A DNA stretch of 64,000 nt, from assembly GCA_030390025.1 (NCBI GenBank), contig CM059432.1:37016001-37080000 (forward strand), read 5' to 3'. Position 1 is the first letter of the stretch; each line of letters begins with the position of its first letter. The notes under the pieces are model-generated. The model was not told where the DNA came from, did no database searches, and saw nothing but the letters and a program-made list of their open reading frames with translations. This document shows, piece after piece, positions 61,900-64,000 of the stretch. A program made the translations under genes and the position numbers. The stretch comes from Squalus acanthias (Eukaryota).

Positions 61900-62660
61900 T
61901 CTTCGACCTTCCTACTCTCCGTCCCAGGCTTGACTCCCTCTTCGATAAGCCGACAGCTTCCCTATGTGCCTTTCTTGGCATCCTACGAAGGGCCCATCGA
62001 GGCACTTGTCGCTGCCTCCTTACGAGCAGCAACCCAACTGTCCCATCCTACCCTCTCGCCGACCTTCCCACCCAGCGTGGCAAATCTTCCGAATCTCCTT
62101 CCCATCCAACTCATCCACCGCCAGCGCTGACCCTGTGGACGCTGGAAGTGGGGCAGCCATCACCGACCCTCTCCGCATCTCCCTCCAGAATGTCCGTTCA
62201 CTTGCGAACAAGGCCCTTGCCATCCATGAGCTTATCGTGGATGAGTGCATCGACATCATGGCCCTGACGGAAACTTGGTTGAGGGGTGATGAGCCCTCCC
62301 CGCCTGGCTATATTTTCCACCACTTGCCCCGCTCAGACCGCCCTGGTGGTGGTGTGGCTCTCATCACCAAATCACACCATGGTGTGACCCCCTACTGCTC
62401 CAGCACTTTCTCCTCCTTTTGAGCATCTCAGCTTATTCCACCCCTCTCACCTCCTTTTAAAATTCTCGTTCTCTGCCGCCCACCCAAGTACCATTAAAAA
62501 ATTTGAATACTGAGGTATCTTCACTGCTTTCCTCCCTCGGCCTCTGCACCGAACGACTTCTCATCCTTGGTGATTTCAACCTCCATCTCAATTCATCATG
62601 CTCTCTCTCCTCTGAGTTCACTAGCCTCCTATCCTCCCTTAATCTCTCCCTCCATGTAAA
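61900..62660 (+). mobile_element. L2-clade LINE endonuclease (APE) fragment
   Basis: Motifs LQNVRSLANK...IMALTETWL, GGGVALI and ILGDFNLH. Confidence 0.8.
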
Positions 62661-62664
62661 GGGG

Positions 62665-64000
62665 GTTGAGGTGAGTTCCAGAATTTTGACCAGCGGCGAT
62701 ATACTTCCAAGTCAGGATGTTATATGATTTGGAGGGGAACTTGCAGGTGGTGGTGTTCCCATGCGCCTGCTGCCCTTGTCCTTCTAGGTGGTAGAGGTCG
62801 CGGGTTTGGGAGATGCTGCCGAAGAAGCCTTTGCAGATGGTGCACACTGCAGCCACGGGACGCTGGTGGTGGAGGGAATGAGTGGCATCCCATGCACCAC
62901 CTTAAACAATCAAGCGGCTGCTTTGTCTTGGATGGTGTCGAGCTTCTTGAGTGTTGTTGGAGCTGCACTCATCCAGGCAAGTGGAGAGTATTCCATCACA
63001 CTCCTGACTTGTGCCTTGTAGATGGTGGAAAGGCTTTGGGGAGTCGGGCGGTGAGACACTCGCCACAGAATACCCAGCCTCTGACCTGCATCTTGTTGCC
63101 ACAGTATTTGTGGTTGGTCCAGTTAAGTTTCTGGTCAATGGTGACAGCCAGGATATTGCTGGTGGGGGATTCAGCAATGGTAATGTCGTTGAATGTTAAG
63201 GGCCGGTGGTTGGAGATAGTCATTGCCTGGCACTTGAGGTGCAAATGTTACCTTCCACTTATCAGCCCAAGCCTGAATGTTGTCCAGGTCTTGCTGCATG
63301 TGGGCATGGTCTGCTTCATGATCTGAGGAGTTGCGAATGGCACTGAACACTCTAGTCATCAGCAAACATCCCCACTTCTGACCTTATGATGGAGGGAAGG
63401 TCATTGATGGAAGCAGCTGAAGATGGTTGGGCTGAGGGCACTGCCCTGAGAAACTCCTGTGGCTGTGATGATTGACCTCCAGCCACCACAACTATCTTCC
63501 TTTGTGGTAGGTATGACTCCAGCCAGTGTCGAGTTTTATCCCCAATTCCCATTGACTTCAATTTTACTCTGGCTCCTTGATGCCACACTCGGTCAAATGC
63601 TGCTTCGATGTCAAGGGTAGTCACTCTCAGCTCACCTCTGGAATTCAGCTCTTTTGTCCATGTTTGGACCAAGGCTGTAATGAGGTCTGGAGCCGAGTGG
63701 TCCTGGCGGAACCCAAACTGGGCATCAGTGAGCAGGTTATTGGTGAGTAAGTGCTGTGCTGTTCGCACTGTCGACGAGACCGTCCATCACTTTGCTAATG
63801 ATTGAGAGTAGACTGATGGGGTGGTAATTGACCGGATTGGATTTGTCCTGCTTTTTGTGGACATGAAATACCTGGGCAGTTTTCCACATTGTTGAATAGA
63901 TGCCAGTGTTGTAGCTGTACTGGAACAGCTTGGCTAGAGGCGCGGCTAGTTGTGGAGTACAAGTCTTCAGCATGACAGCTGGGATGTTGTCAGGGCCCAC
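62665..64000 (-). mobile_element. Non-LTR retrotransposon RT region (CR1/Jockey group, Crack/Daphne-like), runs off the window
   Basis: Motifs GPDNIP, NYHPISLLSIISKVM, QFGFR, LDIEAAFDRVWHQG and FADD. 3' ends of the same family at ~25110-25625 and ~36160-36490. Confidence 0.75.

Overview
Eukaryotic, repeat-dense vertebrate DNA. It is most likely from a cartilaginous fish, inferred from HE1/V-SINE-like and SacSINE1/DeuSINE-like SINEs and abundant CR1 LINEs. The only host gene I can support is the 5' part of SMARCC1 (BAF155, SWI/SNF core subunit) on the + strand: a CpG-rich promoter and coding exons 1-8 (17755-59476), all GT-AG and in phase, continuing beyond the window. The rest is mostly nested retroelements (CR1, L2, RTE, a Crack/Daphne-like LINE, SINEs, two Neptune-type Penelope-like elements), DNA-transposon MITEs and a G-rich minisatellite. 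The most notable signal is a set of minimal hammerhead-ribozyme motifs carried by the Penelope-like elements, with compensatory stem changes. Inverted terminal copies put two of them in sense orientation in the SMARCC1 pre-mRNA. Other oddities are a stop-containing duplicate of exon 4, a SINE that has swapped its LINE tail, an RTE with a twin-priming inversion and several templated or complex insertions. TE family names come from recalled motifs, not database searches, and TE boundaries without a TSD are approximate.
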